This document shows, piece by piece, positions 36,425 to 51,200 of a stretch of 64,000 bases of DNA. Source of the DNA: Phoronis australis (Eukaryota > Animalia > Phoronida); NCBI GenBank assembly GCA_002633005.1, contig NMRA01000009.1, positions 1,800,757 through 1,864,756 on the forward strand. The letters are read 5' to 3'. The notes below the pieces were generated by a model. It saw only the letters and a program-made list of their open reading frames with translations. It searched no databases and had not been told where the DNA came from. Numbering within the stretch: the stretch's first letter is position 1; every line of letters begins with the position of its first letter. A program made the translations under genes and the position numbers.

Positions 36425-39400
36425 ATGGGAGGCTGCAATAGTTGCTGCATCCCTCACAAGAACCCCAACCTGTGTCGTGAAAACCATGCCAAGACACCTA
36501 AGGTCAAAGGTCACTCGCGCAACTTGAGCGCCACATTCATGGTGAAGGATGAACGCGAAGATGTGGCGATTGAGAAGTTGAATATCAACTCAGCCACGGA
36601 GGAAGAATTGATGACATTGCCGGGAATTAACCGACAGACCGCGCATAATATAGTGGAGTATAGACGTCAATTGGGTGGGTTTAAGAAGGTTGAGGACCTG
36701 GTCTTAGTCTCCGGTGTAGGTGCTACAAAATTCTCACAGATACGACTCGAGATCACGTGTGGACACAAAAAGTTATCGCGGACAAATACTCCGGCAGGGA
36801 GTAAGAACGATATTAACGTGTTTAACGGGCCGGACAATGGACGAATCATCTCGCGGAACAGGAGTTCTGGAAAAGTGAATGTGAACTCCGGTAATGTGTT
36901 CCAGTTGATGAAGGCTGGACTGGAACAAAACTTGGCTGAGAACATTGTGACATACAGAGATAAAAAAGGTTCATTTAAAACTATTGATGAATTGACGAGG
37001 GTCAAGGGCATTAGTAATGGCATTTTAAGTGCAATAAGGCACAAGTTGACCCTTGACCTAAGTGATTTGCCCAGCGAGAGCTCGTTCTCAAATTTTAATG
37101 GCGGTGTCCTGCCCAGTGGACTGTCCACGCCTAAACAGTCTATAGATGGCTCTGGTGACTCCGTCTCATTTGACTTTCGTACCATTCCTGGCCCATGGTC
37201 TATGAAGCACAATCGACCAGATGTCATCCCATTTTTGTTTCGTCAGAACAATCGGCCTGCTATCAGGATTGCATCCTGGAACCTGGAACGTTGTGTTGAG
37301 GACAAAATGGACAATATTGGTGTAAAGGAGGTTGTCTGTATGACTATTCTTGAAAATGGGTATGTATTAGTGTCCCAGGCTTTGTGTGTACTAGTAATGC
37401 ACTTAGTAACAGTTTATGAATTCAATAGTGACCAGAGGTCAGATGGTGCACTTTGGATAGTGAACAAGGTCTAATTACAAATCCTTGTGCCTAAAACTTG
37501 AAAGGCTCTGTACATATCTGGGAAATCAGATCTTGGACATCCACAGCAGGTTCTGCTAGGTTGTTAGGCTACTGGCTAGCCTGGAACACTGTCCATAGGG
37601 TTGGGTCCAGGGCATACTGTGCTAGTGTGCTGTTATTGGTTTTCCCCCACACTGGATGTCAGCTACATTGTTTATACATTAGTCACCCTGTGTATACACT
37701 CCTGTATTAACTATCCTAATGCTGCAATACAAAGTCTCATGATGTTCCTATCAACACTGTTTCATTTTCAGTTATCTGTGAGTAGTACCAAAGTACAGCT
37801 CAGCTCCAAAGGTGTAAGGGTCAAAGCTATTTCTGTTCCCATGTGTTGAAATTAAATTTGTTTTAAAGATAATTTTTATGGGTCAGTGGAAGTGTGTATT
37901 TTAGTTACCTTCTGTAGCTAATGTACACCTTTCAGTGTGTGGTCTTAACTATGATGGTCTCAAAGTATTGTGTAAGTGTCTTGTGATAAGCCTCCAATGT
38001 AATGCTCTAAGTGAACTGAAATACCCTGATTGTTTAGGTGACTTGACCTCATGGCCTCCTTCCTTGTCAATTGTTGTCCCAGACCCTGTTTAATTTCTTT
38101 TGAACAAGACTTGCTTGTGTAGAGATTGAACCTGGGGCTGACATGGATAGCATAGAGTAGTTGTTCAATGTAATCAGACAACCGACAAATAGAATCGGAC
38201 AAATGCACTCGAACAAATGGAATCAGACAAATGTACACGTACAAATTTATGCGATCAAATGTACGCGGAGCACTATTTCACTTCAAATGTACGCGGAGCA
38301 CCATTTCACTTCCCGTATTTTATGAAATGTTGTTTGGAGTAATGCTAACATGGGGTTCTGGGAACGTAGCGAAGTTAGTAAAGCTTTGTACAATACTATA
38401 TACTCTTACCTGTGGTTCTCTGACGATCATAAATCATATTAGCACATAATGACAATACTTAAGCCAGGGGTACTTGGAGAAGGGGACGCCAGTCAGTTAA
38501 TTGTTGGTATACTACATAACCACTTTATCTTGAATGTAAGATCATTTAGTGCTAAAGTATTGCTGGGAATCGTCTTCCACACATAAGTAAAGCACTGTGT
38601 GCCTGAATACATGGATATGTAGCAACACATATTTTGAAAATTGATCCAATAGAGGCCTCGATTTGCGACCTCAGATTTTTTTTGGCAACCTGGGCCCGGT
38701 CTCCAATCTCCGTACTCAGACTCGAATCATGCTCAAACTCACACTTCATACTCAACTCGAGTACAGACTCAGCTTTGGTGTATTCAATGTCATACTCGAA
38801 AAATCTGTTCTCGAAATTTCGAGCACGTACTCAATTTTCGAGTATACTCGAAGCGAAGTGTATTTCATCCATATTTCGAGTACGATTTTGAGTAAAAATT
38901 CCGAGTATATGCTCTAAATTTCAAGTTTGGTATGGCAGTGTGCTTGAAATCGTACTCGAAAATAAATACGAGCCAGAGAACAAAATATCGAAAGGGAACC
39001 AAGAAACACAGCAAATNAAGAAGTAAACTGCCAGAAGTCAAAATTGTTTGGCAAAACTGAAAGAGCCCAATCATGGTAATTTGTTTCAAATTGAGGTGGG
39101 CCTATGTGCTGGATATTTGGGTCTTAAAGGGGTAAATTGGTGTCGCATTTGATGAATTATGTTGGGCGTCAAGCCTTGCGATACCAATGCAGCCAGTTGG
39201 ATGGCGATAAACTTGTTCTCTACTTGTATCTACATCACTAAACCAAAATGTGTTTAGTGAAAATTATGTTCAATTCACATTTTTTCTTGTCATAGTTGAC
39301 TGAAGTGGAAAATGAAGCGTGGAAATCAGCCACAAAGTCAGTTTTCATTGTAGATATCAAAGCATCAGGTACTTTTCGTTTCGATACTGCCAGTTTTTTG

Positions 39401-42400
39401 TATTTTGGTTTTCTGTACAGTAGCGGTAACAAGCCACTGTGTAACCCAATCAGGGAGATAAGTACATTAATCAGTAGATGTTTAACACCAGATGATATCA
39501 ACTCATCGCGTAAGCAGGTGACTTAACTGGTGATGGCTGAGGTCTGCAAAACTCCGTTAGTCATGTGGCGTTTTTGTTCCATGTAAATAGGCTAGGACTA
39601 ATTTGGCCCTGGGAAACATGCAAGCCTGCACATAGTAACTCCAAGTCAAAGCAATGTTATCAAATATTGTGTGAACTAATAACATCCAACGGGATGTGGT
39701 AATTGTCTTAAATCTTATTTACTACTCTGGTGCATCAATATCGTTATTGAATATATTCACAAATCTCTTTTCAGTATCAGTCTGATTGCATTTCAAGAGT
39801 TGGCCAGTAAAAAGGTGCTAGACAAGGTACAGTGCAGATTACATTGACTTTTCAGCATCAGTTTACACCTGAGCTATATTTGATATGCATTTTTTGTGGC
39901 CACATTTGTGAGCAGATTTTGCCATCATGTCAGTCTGGGCATCAAGTGTCAGCTGCTGTATCTCCTAAATCTCTTGCATTCAAGTGTTCTATTTGAGTGT
40001 CCAGTGGTGCAGTATGGATCCCTTGGACCGATGTGCTGGTGTAACCTGCTACCATTACATTGTGTTTCCTACTAGAAGCTGATTCATCATTATGTAGAGC
40101 CATCAAGCTGTAGGTTGGCTATTACTTGTTGTAGTTTAAACTGGGATACACTGTTGCTTGGTGTTTGGTGTGACAACCATTTGGCATGTTGTCCAAAATG
40201 ATTAATGATGGTACATGTTAATTATTGTGTTTATTGAAGTTTGTGCAGGTATGATGGCCGTCTTGATATGTGAGATGTTCTGTAAATATGTGGCGTTGTA
40301 CTTGGCAAGAAGGGTTTATTATTTATTTACTTGCTTTTGAGCATTGCAGCTTGAAGATTTGTACATAACTTATTGTTATTTTGGAAAAATTAACTTATAG
40401 ATGATAAAATTACAGGAATTTATGCTCACAATTCCACTGTAGTGCATGTTGGTTCACACAATATGTTAGTCATGCAATTGCAAGTTTAATGTACTTAAGC
40501 CAAATGTTGACATTCACTGTTTCAGGTGTGTGAAGAGCTTAATAACCCAACATTACCCATAGTGCATCAGTGGCAGGGTCACAGTGGTCACTGGAAGTGT
40601 GTCACGTCACCAGTGACAGGAAGAATGTTCCAGGTACTCAGCTGGGTGTCTTGTACTTCATGCATTCTAGGAGGTTCAACTAGAATTTGTTTGTTTAGAA
40701 CACCGGTCTTCATTGCTTGCATCTTTTATGTGGATTTTACTGACTGCCTCTTACCAAGTAAATGCACAAGGACAGGACACCATGGTTATGAGGCTCAATG
40801 TTTGCCATATGTTTCCAATTTCCTCATTGATGGTTTAAGTTTGTGTTGTTTAGCAATAGCACTCTCATGTTTTTGTGTTTAGACTTTTTGTACTATTAAA
40901 TTATCTAAGGTCCTGTCATAACAAACTAAAATAACAGATAATTGAATCCCATGCAGTGAGTTCATTGTAACTGATTGTGGCACAGTTTCTTAGCCGGTAT
41001 GTTACACTGATCTTTTTGTCTGAAGCCTCCCTGAACACATCCAAATTTGACAGACTTTGAGTTACTTACACTTGAGCCATGGTAAACTGCTACTTACACC
41101 TGAAAAGTTATGTACTCCTGAGTGATGGTAAAATGTAAGTTACTTACACTTGAGCCATGGTAAAGTGCAAGTTACTTACATAATAAACAAATGGTGAACA
41201 TTGCAAGAATTCTGCGAATTCCACAGATTCATTGCCCTGCTGAGGAAGCTAGTTGGCTTCTTACAGTTACATAGGACCCTTTGGCTAACCTTGGAACATC
41301 ATATCTCATTAACGGCTGATCGGATTCCTATGAAACTTTCAGATACCACGCTTTTTGCAGTGATCTTCAGATTGCTGTTCAGAATTGTTTTTAGAATATA
41401 TATTCCCCTTTTGCACAAGGGCTATCAAAAATCAGACTTTGATGATTTTCATGGAAAAAATGTTAAAGTCGCGTGAAGCACTGTGTAAGTGCCAAAGCAG
41501 CTATGCCATGTTAGTAGAGGGGTGACACTATGTGACCTATCTGTCCTTCTTCAGGCAATGGAGTACAACGGCTTCCTGTATGATACCAACATTGGTGTAG
41601 AGTACATAGACAGCAGGTTATTGAAGGACAGTGCTGCTCAAAAAGACAGAGCTTTTGTGAGGAAGCCTTTCATTGGTCTCTTTAAGGTATAATGTATAAT
41701 GTTGTTGGTCTTGCTAGTCAGCCAGCTGTTACTTGACTTACTTAATTATGTATTCAACCAGTCGTAAATAGAACGTAAAACAAAAGCTATGTTTTTAACA
41801 GAATAATATTTATTGCATAAAACAAACAGACATTGACCCATGAATGCAAACCCAGAAAGCACGTAGAGTTAGATCAAGTTTGCAGGTGTTAAAGAGTTAA
41901 TGTAAAAGGAAATAGTTAAATACAAAGTATGTATGAAAAAGATTAAAACAATGGATTAGCAAATATGACTGGGGTCACCACATTAGCACTTAGAAAAGAT
42001 GTTAAAATTATGACTCAACTTGTCAGTGTTTAAGAAAATACCACATCTTGACCAGTACAATGCTATTTTATGGTCAGGAAGCTGTAAACATGTAAATTGT
42101 AGACAGTCATAGGAAATTGTTAGATTGATTGAAATTCTAATTCTTCAAGTCGTATCACAGGTTCATAGATTAAGTTATAGTCATGAACAGTCTTATAGCG
42201 AAACATTGCTCTTAAGTCTACTTTTTGTGAGAAAAATATGAATGTCTTGGATAACTCATGCAAAATGAATATGCAATATGAGTGGAAAATATGATTATAA
42301 GACAAACATTTTATGTGGAACATGTTCACTATTAATTTAGTGCTTGTCACAACGTGTAGTTATTATAATTGGTGTTGTTATGCAGATCGACCGATTTGAC

Positions 42401-44355
42401 TTTGTGCTAGTCAGTGTCCACCTGAAGGCCACTGGACTGTCCAACGAGGACCTTGACGAAACTCAGCAGGAGGTTGGAGCCATGCACTCGGTCATCTCGG
42501 CAGTGGAAGAGCAGTTACCCGGCGAGAATGACCTTCTTCTTGTTGGCGACTTCAACCTGGCCCCTGATGCTAAAGGTAGACTTGTTTACATGTATGAATG
42601 TTGGTGTTAATGGTGGACTTGTGTTGAAGATGGAGATGTATATAGTTATAGGAATGTTGATTTGTGTGAACTCGTATGCGAATAACTATGTTGATATTAT
42701 AGGTGTACTTGTATTAATACAGATGGCAATGTTGATTACTAAATGTTCTCAGCTTACTGAGATTACTTATATGAGTAACTTACTTACATTGTGACGCTCT
42801 GCTGGGACTTTATATTTCACATTTATTGGGAAGTGTGTTTATTTGTTTATCATAGTAACCATCGACTTGCTGTTTCAAGAAATTCTTGAAAATGGAGGTT
42901 CTTTTATTTTTACTGTAACTGTTACTGCTAAATGTTGAGAACAGTAAAGTTGATTCTTAATCACATAGCTTTGAGCTGGTGGACTTTTTGAACCAGTATT
43001 GCCTCCTTCTTGATGTCTACCAGAATTATAAACAAAATTAGTCATTACAAATTATACGTGAACGCATCAGTATCTCTTGGCTTTGGTTTCTTTCTGCCCT
43101 CTGTTGTGAAAATAAAACATGAATAGTGCGCTGATATTCACACATGTTTAGGACAGCTTGAATTCTATTCTAAATTTCTGGAAATTAATCAACCGAAGTT
43201 GCTTTTTGAGATTTACATACGTTGAGATTTACATACATTAGGCGTCTTTTGAGGATAATGGATTCTTCTTAGCTTAAATATTAATCGCTAGTGTGGTCAG
43301 TGAAATTGCACCAAGTTAAAACATAAGGTGGACAGGTGATTTTTTCATGAATGATAACTAGCACCAAATAAGTAGATTTCATTTTCTATGATTTATCATA
43401 GTTGTGTCACTCTGGTTGGGGTTATCACATTTATGGAGAGAGTTTCAAGAATCTAGAGGCTTTACCTTGCAGTTTAGTGATACTGAAGCAATGATTTTGT
43501 ATAGCAAGACTAAGAAGGCATTTGTTTGCAGATTTTGACGTGCTACGAGAGAAAGGCTACCACAATGCCATAACTGAGAAACAGTTTACCAACATTAGTT
43601 CCAAGACGCCAGAGGGTAGCCAGTCATATGACAATATATGGATCAGCCGGCAGTCTTCCAAAGCTCACACTGGTTGGTTTACTTTATTAGGGTTAAACGT
43701 CCATTTGTGTGACAAGACTGTGTAGAGATGGCTCATTTTAAAACGGGAAGAAAAGGGTTTTGCTACCTGAACATGACACTTGTCGCTCAGTTAGCATGTG
43801 TCTCATGAAATAGTTCTGTGGAGGTAACCACATCAGTGCAGAGCTTGCTTTCCTCGAGGGCTGCGTTATATTCACATCATATTCTCTCGTGTCCATGGAA
43901 GGCGAGACTGGGCACACAAGGCCATGCTTACAGTGTGGCAGGGCCTGTGTCCAACTACTCTCCCACTCCGCAGTCTCTCTCTGGGATAGACAAGCCTTTA
44001 TGTGGTTGTCGTCAGTCATTAAAGCAACACTGATGTAGGTCTTAGAACTTTGTCAATTAATTAAAGAAGTATAATTACTGAGAGTTGATCACCTGACTGT
44101 ATGTTAAAATGAATGCATGCGATTCATCAGGTGTGTTGTTTTGTAACAAATGTTTGAGGTTTGGCACATTTTCTCACAGGTTCTTCTGGTGTGATTCGTC
44201 GTGGCCTGACCAGTCCTTGGATACCAGATGGCTGGTCATGGGGCGGCGTGGCAAGTGACCACTGTCCAGTCTGGGCCGAATTCTACACGGGCAAAGACTA
44301 TGACCGGGGTGATATCAGCATTGGGTTGGAAGGCATAACTATTAACTCTGTGTAG
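36425..44355 (+). CDS. EEPD1: Endonuclease/exonuclease/phosphatase family domain-containing protein 1, 7 coding exons, ~577 aa
   Basis: Exons 36425-37359, 39775-39826, 40526-40633, 41555-41686, 42386-42575, 43532-43672, 44180-44355 (GT-AG, phase-consistent, 1734 nt). N-terminal MGGCNSCC lipidation-like motif, two helix-hairpin-helix regions (LNINSATEEELMTLPGIN..., VNVNSGNVFQLM...), and EEP motifs IASWNL, FQE, VHLK, GDFN, YDNIW, SDHCPVWAEF. Confidence 0.92.
38680..38965. repeat. ACTCGA/TCGAGT-rich subterminal repeat cluster, probable DNA-transposon end
   Basis: More than 10 copies of (T)ACTCGA or TCGAG within ~280 bp of an EEPD1 intron. Confidence 0.45.
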
Positions 44356-44878
44356 ATAGACATAGGTTACATTTTGTGAAATGTTTTTGTGGTTAACATC
44401 GATGGTTCATTTGATTGCAGTGTGTATTTGTCCCTTTTTGGTTCACATAATTTCACTCTCAGTGACAATAATCAGTTTGGCAGTGTTCCCTATGGTGGTA
44501 ATGAGTTACGCATTGATAAATGTTTTTCTTCAAAAATTTCACAAACAAAATCCACTGATAATTCATATTGCTTTATTGAAGTTTATTGATGTTGGTAAAT
44601 TTTGGACTATGCCTCGGTTTCAAGATTTTCATTTGGGGAGCATCTGATTGTCCGGTCGGAACAATTTTGCGGAAAGTTGGCAGCCAATGTTCCGTGAAAA
44701 AACATCCTGTGTAGTAGACACTGCAGGAGTTGCTTGTTGATCGTTAAATTATTTTTGAGGGTATCCCTAATGCCGTTTTGGTCGACTGTTATCAAGTACC
44801 TGTATTTAATTTTAATGACTGTTTGCTCAGATATGGGGGTGGGGATGGTCATAGGCATATACATTCACTTCTTAACCA

Positions 44879-44997
44879 CAGTTTGTGCTTCTAATGTACA
44901 CAGGCACCAGTTTGTGCTTCTAATGTACACAGGCACCAGTTTGTGCTTCTAATGTACACAGGCACCAGTTTGTGCTTCTAATGTACACAGGCACCAG
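44879..44997. repeat. 29-bp tandem repeat, 4 copies (probable EEPD1 3' UTR)
   Basis: Unit CAGTTTGTGCTTCTAATGTACACAGGCAC. Confidence 0.92.
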
Positions 44998-46200
44998 CTT
45001 TCTTGTTTATGAATGTCCTTGACACTTGTTGTGACAAAAGGGTTCTGTGTTCCAGTTTTGAATTATTTTTTACAGACGTTTGAAAAAAGATCAAACTAAA
45101 ACGAAAAAATTCAACAATTTTGTTTTGTTTACTTTTGTCGTAACTCTGACGTCACGTCTTATTAGAGCCGAAAAAGGTCAAGTTGGTTCTGCGCTCTACC
45201 CCCATTCATCTCGAGACTTTCAAAAAGAAAACGAGATGAGGAACAGGTAGTATTTTTTGGCCTAATTTAACAAGGACATTATTTAAGAGTTGGGATAATT
45301 CATGATGACTCACGCATACTATCACTGCCTGTGGGACGTGGTTTATATATTACAACATGGACAAAGATAACATTGAATGTTCAAATATAATGACAAAAAT
45401 GGCATTTGAGCTGTGTTATATTGATTACATGAATAACTGAGAATATTTTTTTTTGTATTTTGCAAAGATTACTGGAGAACCTTTTAAAAAATTGTTGAGA
45501 ATCCTTTTAAATTTGTAGTAATTTATTTCACATCTGTGTGGTAGAAGAATTAGTAATTATTTGTATTGTGCCAGTAGCGAGCTGTGTCGAGTAAACTTCA
45601 TGAACATTTACCAGACCAGACTTAAACATGTTTGTTACCTTTATAAACATATACCTTTATATGGTAGTGGTCTCTAGTGGATGAGGGTACACCACTGTTG
45701 TGTAATAAACAGTTATAAAATTATCAATGTATCCAACCAACCTTTATATGATGCTTGATTTGTATTGTGTAAGACTAACCAATGGTTTTGTTGGTGTTTG
45801 CTTATGCTGGTGCTAGATTGTGATTACGTATACATACTTCAGTATGTGTTATAATGTTAAACAACATAAGACATTGTATCCCTGACCCAATGTTTCGTTG
45901 TTCTGTTTCTCATCTAAAACAGTTTTTAATGCTGCCGTTTTCTTGGCACCTTTCACTGTTTTATGCCTTTTACCTATTCTGATCCAGGCAGATTTGAAGT
46001 ACTGGTAGTTGTTCAACTTGGATAATGTTCATTTCCAAGTTTCCGTGGTCTGTATGATACTGAATATAGGAAGTCATCCACCCTTTCATATTTAAAAATT
46101 GATCTAAGTGGGAATGAATTTCTACACACTATTTTACTGAGGTCCTATTATTTATAGCAATGTATATATACATGCCAATTGGGTAGGATTTAGTGTTCAA

Positions 46201-46578
46201 GGCAGGGCTCAAGTTGGCGATCACAGGTTTTGTTTGGCAACCTGGTAAAACCTCTCGCTTGCTACGAACATGCCATGCACACATCTGAACACCGCTCAAA
46301 ACATTACAAGAAGTAAAACGGAACAAAGGCCCTCAAGGAGGAAATTGCCGTTAGCGAGCAGACGAGATACTCTCTAATTTTCTTTTTGGGTAGAAAACTA
46401 TTTTAGGGATTTCTGGTGTACCAGTGGACATTTCCCCGAGTATGCTGTTTTTTCAGCTCGGGTGTCTCATTAATTTCATTTTTGGCTCTTGGCAGGAAAT
46501 TCACAACCTTGATTGACCTGGGAATTGTGCCAGGTCACATTTTCGGAGTTAGTGGTTTGCAAAGCATTGAGCCCTGCC
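46201..46578. mobile_element. Short CAGGG-ended MITE
   Basis: GGCAGGGCTCAA ... TTGAGCCCTGCC (12-bp perfect inverted repeat); no clear TSD. Confidence 0.5.
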
Positions 46579-48218
46579 AAGTGAGGAGGTGACTTCCGTG
46601 TTTGTTAATATCCTGATGTGCACTAGGAAGGGTTGTGGTTTCCAGGTAGGCCTATACCCTCTATATACAGTGTGCACCCTATTATCTACCTGTAAATAGG
46701 TAAGAGCCTGGTTTCCATTTACACCAATATTCATGTGTATGCAGGATTTTCGCGTGGTTTCCGTGTGCTAATACCTGCATACGTACTAGAAAATGCATAC
46801 AAGTCATTTGCAGGGGTCCCGGATTTTGACAATCAGCTTGATGCCCGTTATTCAGTAGAGAATAGTAGAGTTCCTGTAATACGGGACCTCTGAAAGTGAC
46901 TGTCACAGGGGCCCCAAGGTATTCACGTGATCTCTCTTGATCAGAAAGACCAGCTACACTCCTGCTTGGTTATTACCAATCTTAGACAAATTACAGTTTG
47001 TATGACAATTAGTCGTCAATTTGATAATGGCCGTTGAAAGAATTTTAGAAGCTACAATTGGCTGGGTAAATAATAGCGATGCCTTTGTGATGACAATTTG
47101 TGGGATGTCTTGCCGATCCCCCTACTAAAATATTGTGCAAGGCTGCATGATGGTTACCAAAATCGTGAAGGGGTACGAAAACACAATAAGGGTTATTAAA
47201 ATAATTACATCCTTGAAGTGCAGAAGTGAAGATGTGCTAAAAACCTACAAAGGGGTGCTTTTCCTTGAATATTTTATAAAAATCCCTGTTTAGTGCATGA
47301 TTTTGAAATCTGGAACCATCTTGTTTGAAGCCTTTTTTAAGTGTGGGGCGCCCACGATGTCAAGGCAGTTTGCAAATTGAACTATCGTGTTATGCTGCAT
47401 GCAAGACAGATGGTACCAGTTCAAATGAATGTCTGGTGGTACTTCACTAAACATTTATTTGCAGTTAGTCATAACTACCTTTTGTAAGTTTGCTCAATAA
47501 AGCAATGCAACGCTCATGTGAACTGACTGTTAACTAGAACTGTTAATATTAAGTCTCGAATAAAACAATATCTTTTTACCCTTTACTTATTTCTTTGTTT
47601 ATTCGTAAGTTCGGATAAGAACCTCAGAACATATTATGTACACAATCTAAAGCTTCCTTTCAGAGATATCACACCAACAACATTGCATGACAGACCTACG
47701 AGCACATGTTAGTGACCACTATTGCCTTCTTTGTTTTAACATGCAGCAGGGATAAAAACGGATCAAATGGAAGACTTTCAAATCGCGACTGGTCACATGG
47801 AACCGGACCTTCAGTGGCCTCTACAGTACGAGGTGGCAACTTGTTTAAAACACATTTTGTGTAATCGCATACACTGTTAAAGTATTTTATTTTTCACCAA
47901 GTCGAACTGTTCCCCAAGACCACACGCTGTGAAGACAAAGTACCTCCTGGTACAGCTAGGTTGTGCTATGTGTCACCGGTCCCACGAGATCAGCCCCCAT
48001 TGCTTCCAGGAAGTCTCCCGTTTTACAATTGACAAAGCCATATCAGATGAAGAAAAAGTATTCAATTTAGTTTATTATTATCATTGCTAGGAAATACATT
48101 AAAAATGGTGTGAAGTATGAGACCAACATTGACTTTTGTAAGTTTTTGTAGATGGCGATCATAAACACAAAAACAATAAAAACAGTACACTGCACATATT
48201 TGCACTCTTCACTTTCTT

Positions 48219-51200
48219 TCAAGTTTTCTTTTTCTTTCCTTTCTTTTGAGATGATCTTCCATTCTTGTGTCTAACATCCCCACTAACTTGAAACACTTGT
48301 GCCTTATCAATAGGCTCAATAACAGTTCCAAGTTTAGTTACAGTTGTTGGCTTTATCAACTGTCTATATGCTGTCTCTGGGTTCCATGTTCGACCAATAG
48401 GTGCGCTGATGCTGCTCTCAAATTGTTTGATGTCAGCAAAGGGAAAGGGTAACTTGTTGACCTAAAAAAATGTTAAATTAAGCATTAAAAAGAAAAATTA
48501 AATACAAACCCAATTACCGTGGAGTTGTCCTAATACACACTCAACCTAGGACTCCCTACACACAACTTTCAGTTTGAGGGATTTCAAATGGATTGCGGTA
48601 TGGTTGGCAGATCATAAACATCTGAAAGCAAAACTCGTCCACACCAATAGTACGTGTTTACACAATGTACCTTTTTGGGGTGTTTATCGGTATGTAAAAA
48701 GCCACAACAATTTGATCACAAGAGGTACCTGTAATCCTCAGAACTTATCTTGAAAACCACGTGTCAAGATCAAAATAGCCACTAGGTTATACAGCAGTCA
48801 ACCAATGGATTATCATGTTAACTATATACCTGATGCTTAGAAAGCTGGTTGTCTTTCGCTGTTGATATGATGACACCATGAAGGTTTTTATCTTGCCTCT
48901 GAGGAGCTTTTGGGGCTTTTATTGTAAACCTAAAAAAAATAATAGACTAAACCAATGAATCTAAGGCCATGGTTAGGATTGGTAGCTCTGAGCTCTACAA
49001 ATCTGTTTACTCTCAAATAAGAGAAGATTGTATGACTAACAATTCCTTAACATGTTTAACTGTGGGTATAACATTAGCATACAGTGTGCTTACATATGCA
49101 ATCAATGATTTTTACAGAGGTCAATATGCTGATTTTCAAACTCCATTCATGCCATTTCTACTGACCAATCATTATGTAAGAAAATTATCACAACTTAGTC
49201 AGCAGCTTCAGAAACTGAGAGATGGAAATCGCCAGTGAAACCAGTAGCACCTACGTACTGAAGGAATAGCACAAGGGAGACAATCTCATAGAAGGTGGAA
49301 AGGATCTTGCAAGGACAATGGCCAAAATGGGGAAATTTGTTGACAAAGAGTTTGCCTGTTGTGTAAAGTGGTAACCGCGATACAAATGACACATGATGTG
49401 TCACAAAGTACTGTGACCAGAAACTTTAAAGTGTATTGTGGGCAGTGGGATACTGGTGCATCAAGTTGGGTCACAAAGGACAGTGACCAGTGTAACACGC
49501 TGTGGGTAGTGAGACACTGCCGAGTCATGTTGTGTCGTGAAGGACTGTGACCAGCAAGCGCATGTCACAGAACAGTGGGAGATAACTGTGGTTGGTACAA
49601 GAACTGACCAGCAGGCCTGTCATGTGACATGCAGTCATAGCGCTAAAAGCTGGTCCTAGAAGAGGCCATCAGGATTGTCATTCCAGGAGCATCGTACCAA
49701 AGCTTGCAATAGCAGATAACATCTTTGATTGTTAACCATGATATAGTTGGATGTCATTATTTTTAGTGTATAAATTAACAACAGGATGAGGCTTTTTATT
49801 CCCTTAAAACATGATAGGATTCTGTTTCCAGTAAAAACACGGACATCAGAACTATCAAACTACAAACAATGCACGCAGGTGCAATCTTCGAATATGTAAT
49901 TTTACGGTTGGTCAACCCCAATAAACTTTGAAGTGTTTTCTTGAGTTTCTGATGTTTTCCATGTTGGCAATGGGAATAGAATCCTATAACAGCAGAGAAT
50001 ATCCTGAGATCAATTTTGTAAAAGTGAAAGGCCAATTTTTGATTTTTAGCCAGCTAAACAGGGCAAACCGCAGCTTTAAAAACAAACGTGAAGTCATAAT
50101 GTAGAAGACACAAAAGGCTTAAAAAGACTTATAAGAGTTTGGTGAGATGCTGGTAGTGCAGAGGTGAAGCAGCATGCACAATCCAATTTGTCAAAACAGT
50201 GTATTCAAGGAAACATGCGAGAAGCACTAACCGTTTACGTTTCTTCTTGGATGTACTGATGCCACTGCCACCCCAGTCACCCCAGCCAGGAAGGGTGAGG
50301 TCAATTGCCTCAGGTTTGCCTCTATCAACGACCGCTTTCTTCTCTTCTTTAAATTCAGCTACTACATCATCATCGGCAAATGCTTGCGCAATTGTCATCC
50401 GCTGGTCCATCTCCGTCTCGTCGATACCGTAATCTTCCACTATCACAGCAGGTCGGCACTCACTTTGCTCCAAGGACACAGCCTTGGTGAGAAATTTCGT
50501 GGGATCAACATTAACTGAGCGAGACTTTGGACTATCACCAGTTATATTTTTGGAAGAGACATTTTTTTCGTCAACTTTGTCAGACAAGTTTCCAGACTCT
50601 TTCATTCTTCTGACTTTTGGTTTATCATTTTTGTCACTACTGTCGTCGTAAACATCTTCAATATCAATAATCCCCCGTTTACGACTCAACCCCTCACTAA
50701 TAAGCTCAGAATCTGAATCACTATTAGAGTCTGAATCTCTCATCTCTTTTGGCTTCTCCCTCTTACTCTTCTTTGCTAACTTCTCTTTGCTCCTCTCCAC
50801 AGCCCTTAGTCTCTGTAACTCCTGTTCTTGTTTCATGGAAATGGCTCGATCTTTTCGTTTCTTGTCCAAGGAGTTGAAAATATGGTCGATATTCTTGAAT
50901 AGACCCAAATTTTCCTCTTCAGTTTGGTCAGGATTTTCTTCAAAATTATCATTAACGTGCTCAACAATATTTTCACCATCCTCGTCATTTCCTTCTTGCT
51001 CTGACCTGGTTTCACTGACTTCGCTGGCCACAAGCTCATCTGCATTTGACTTCTCAATGCTCCCATCCACACAACTCTTTACAGAATTATCACGCTTTCC
51101 CTTAGAAACAAGAGACACTGACATCCAAGGATTTTCCAACGACACTGGTGTTGAAAACTCAGCTCGATTGTCATCACTGTCGGTTTGTTCAATGACAGCG

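Noticed and set aside
36667-37227. 186-aa minus-strand ORF (and 167-aa plus-strand ORF at 50787-51290)
   Set aside because: Antisense shadows of the EEPD1 and UTP14 coding exons.
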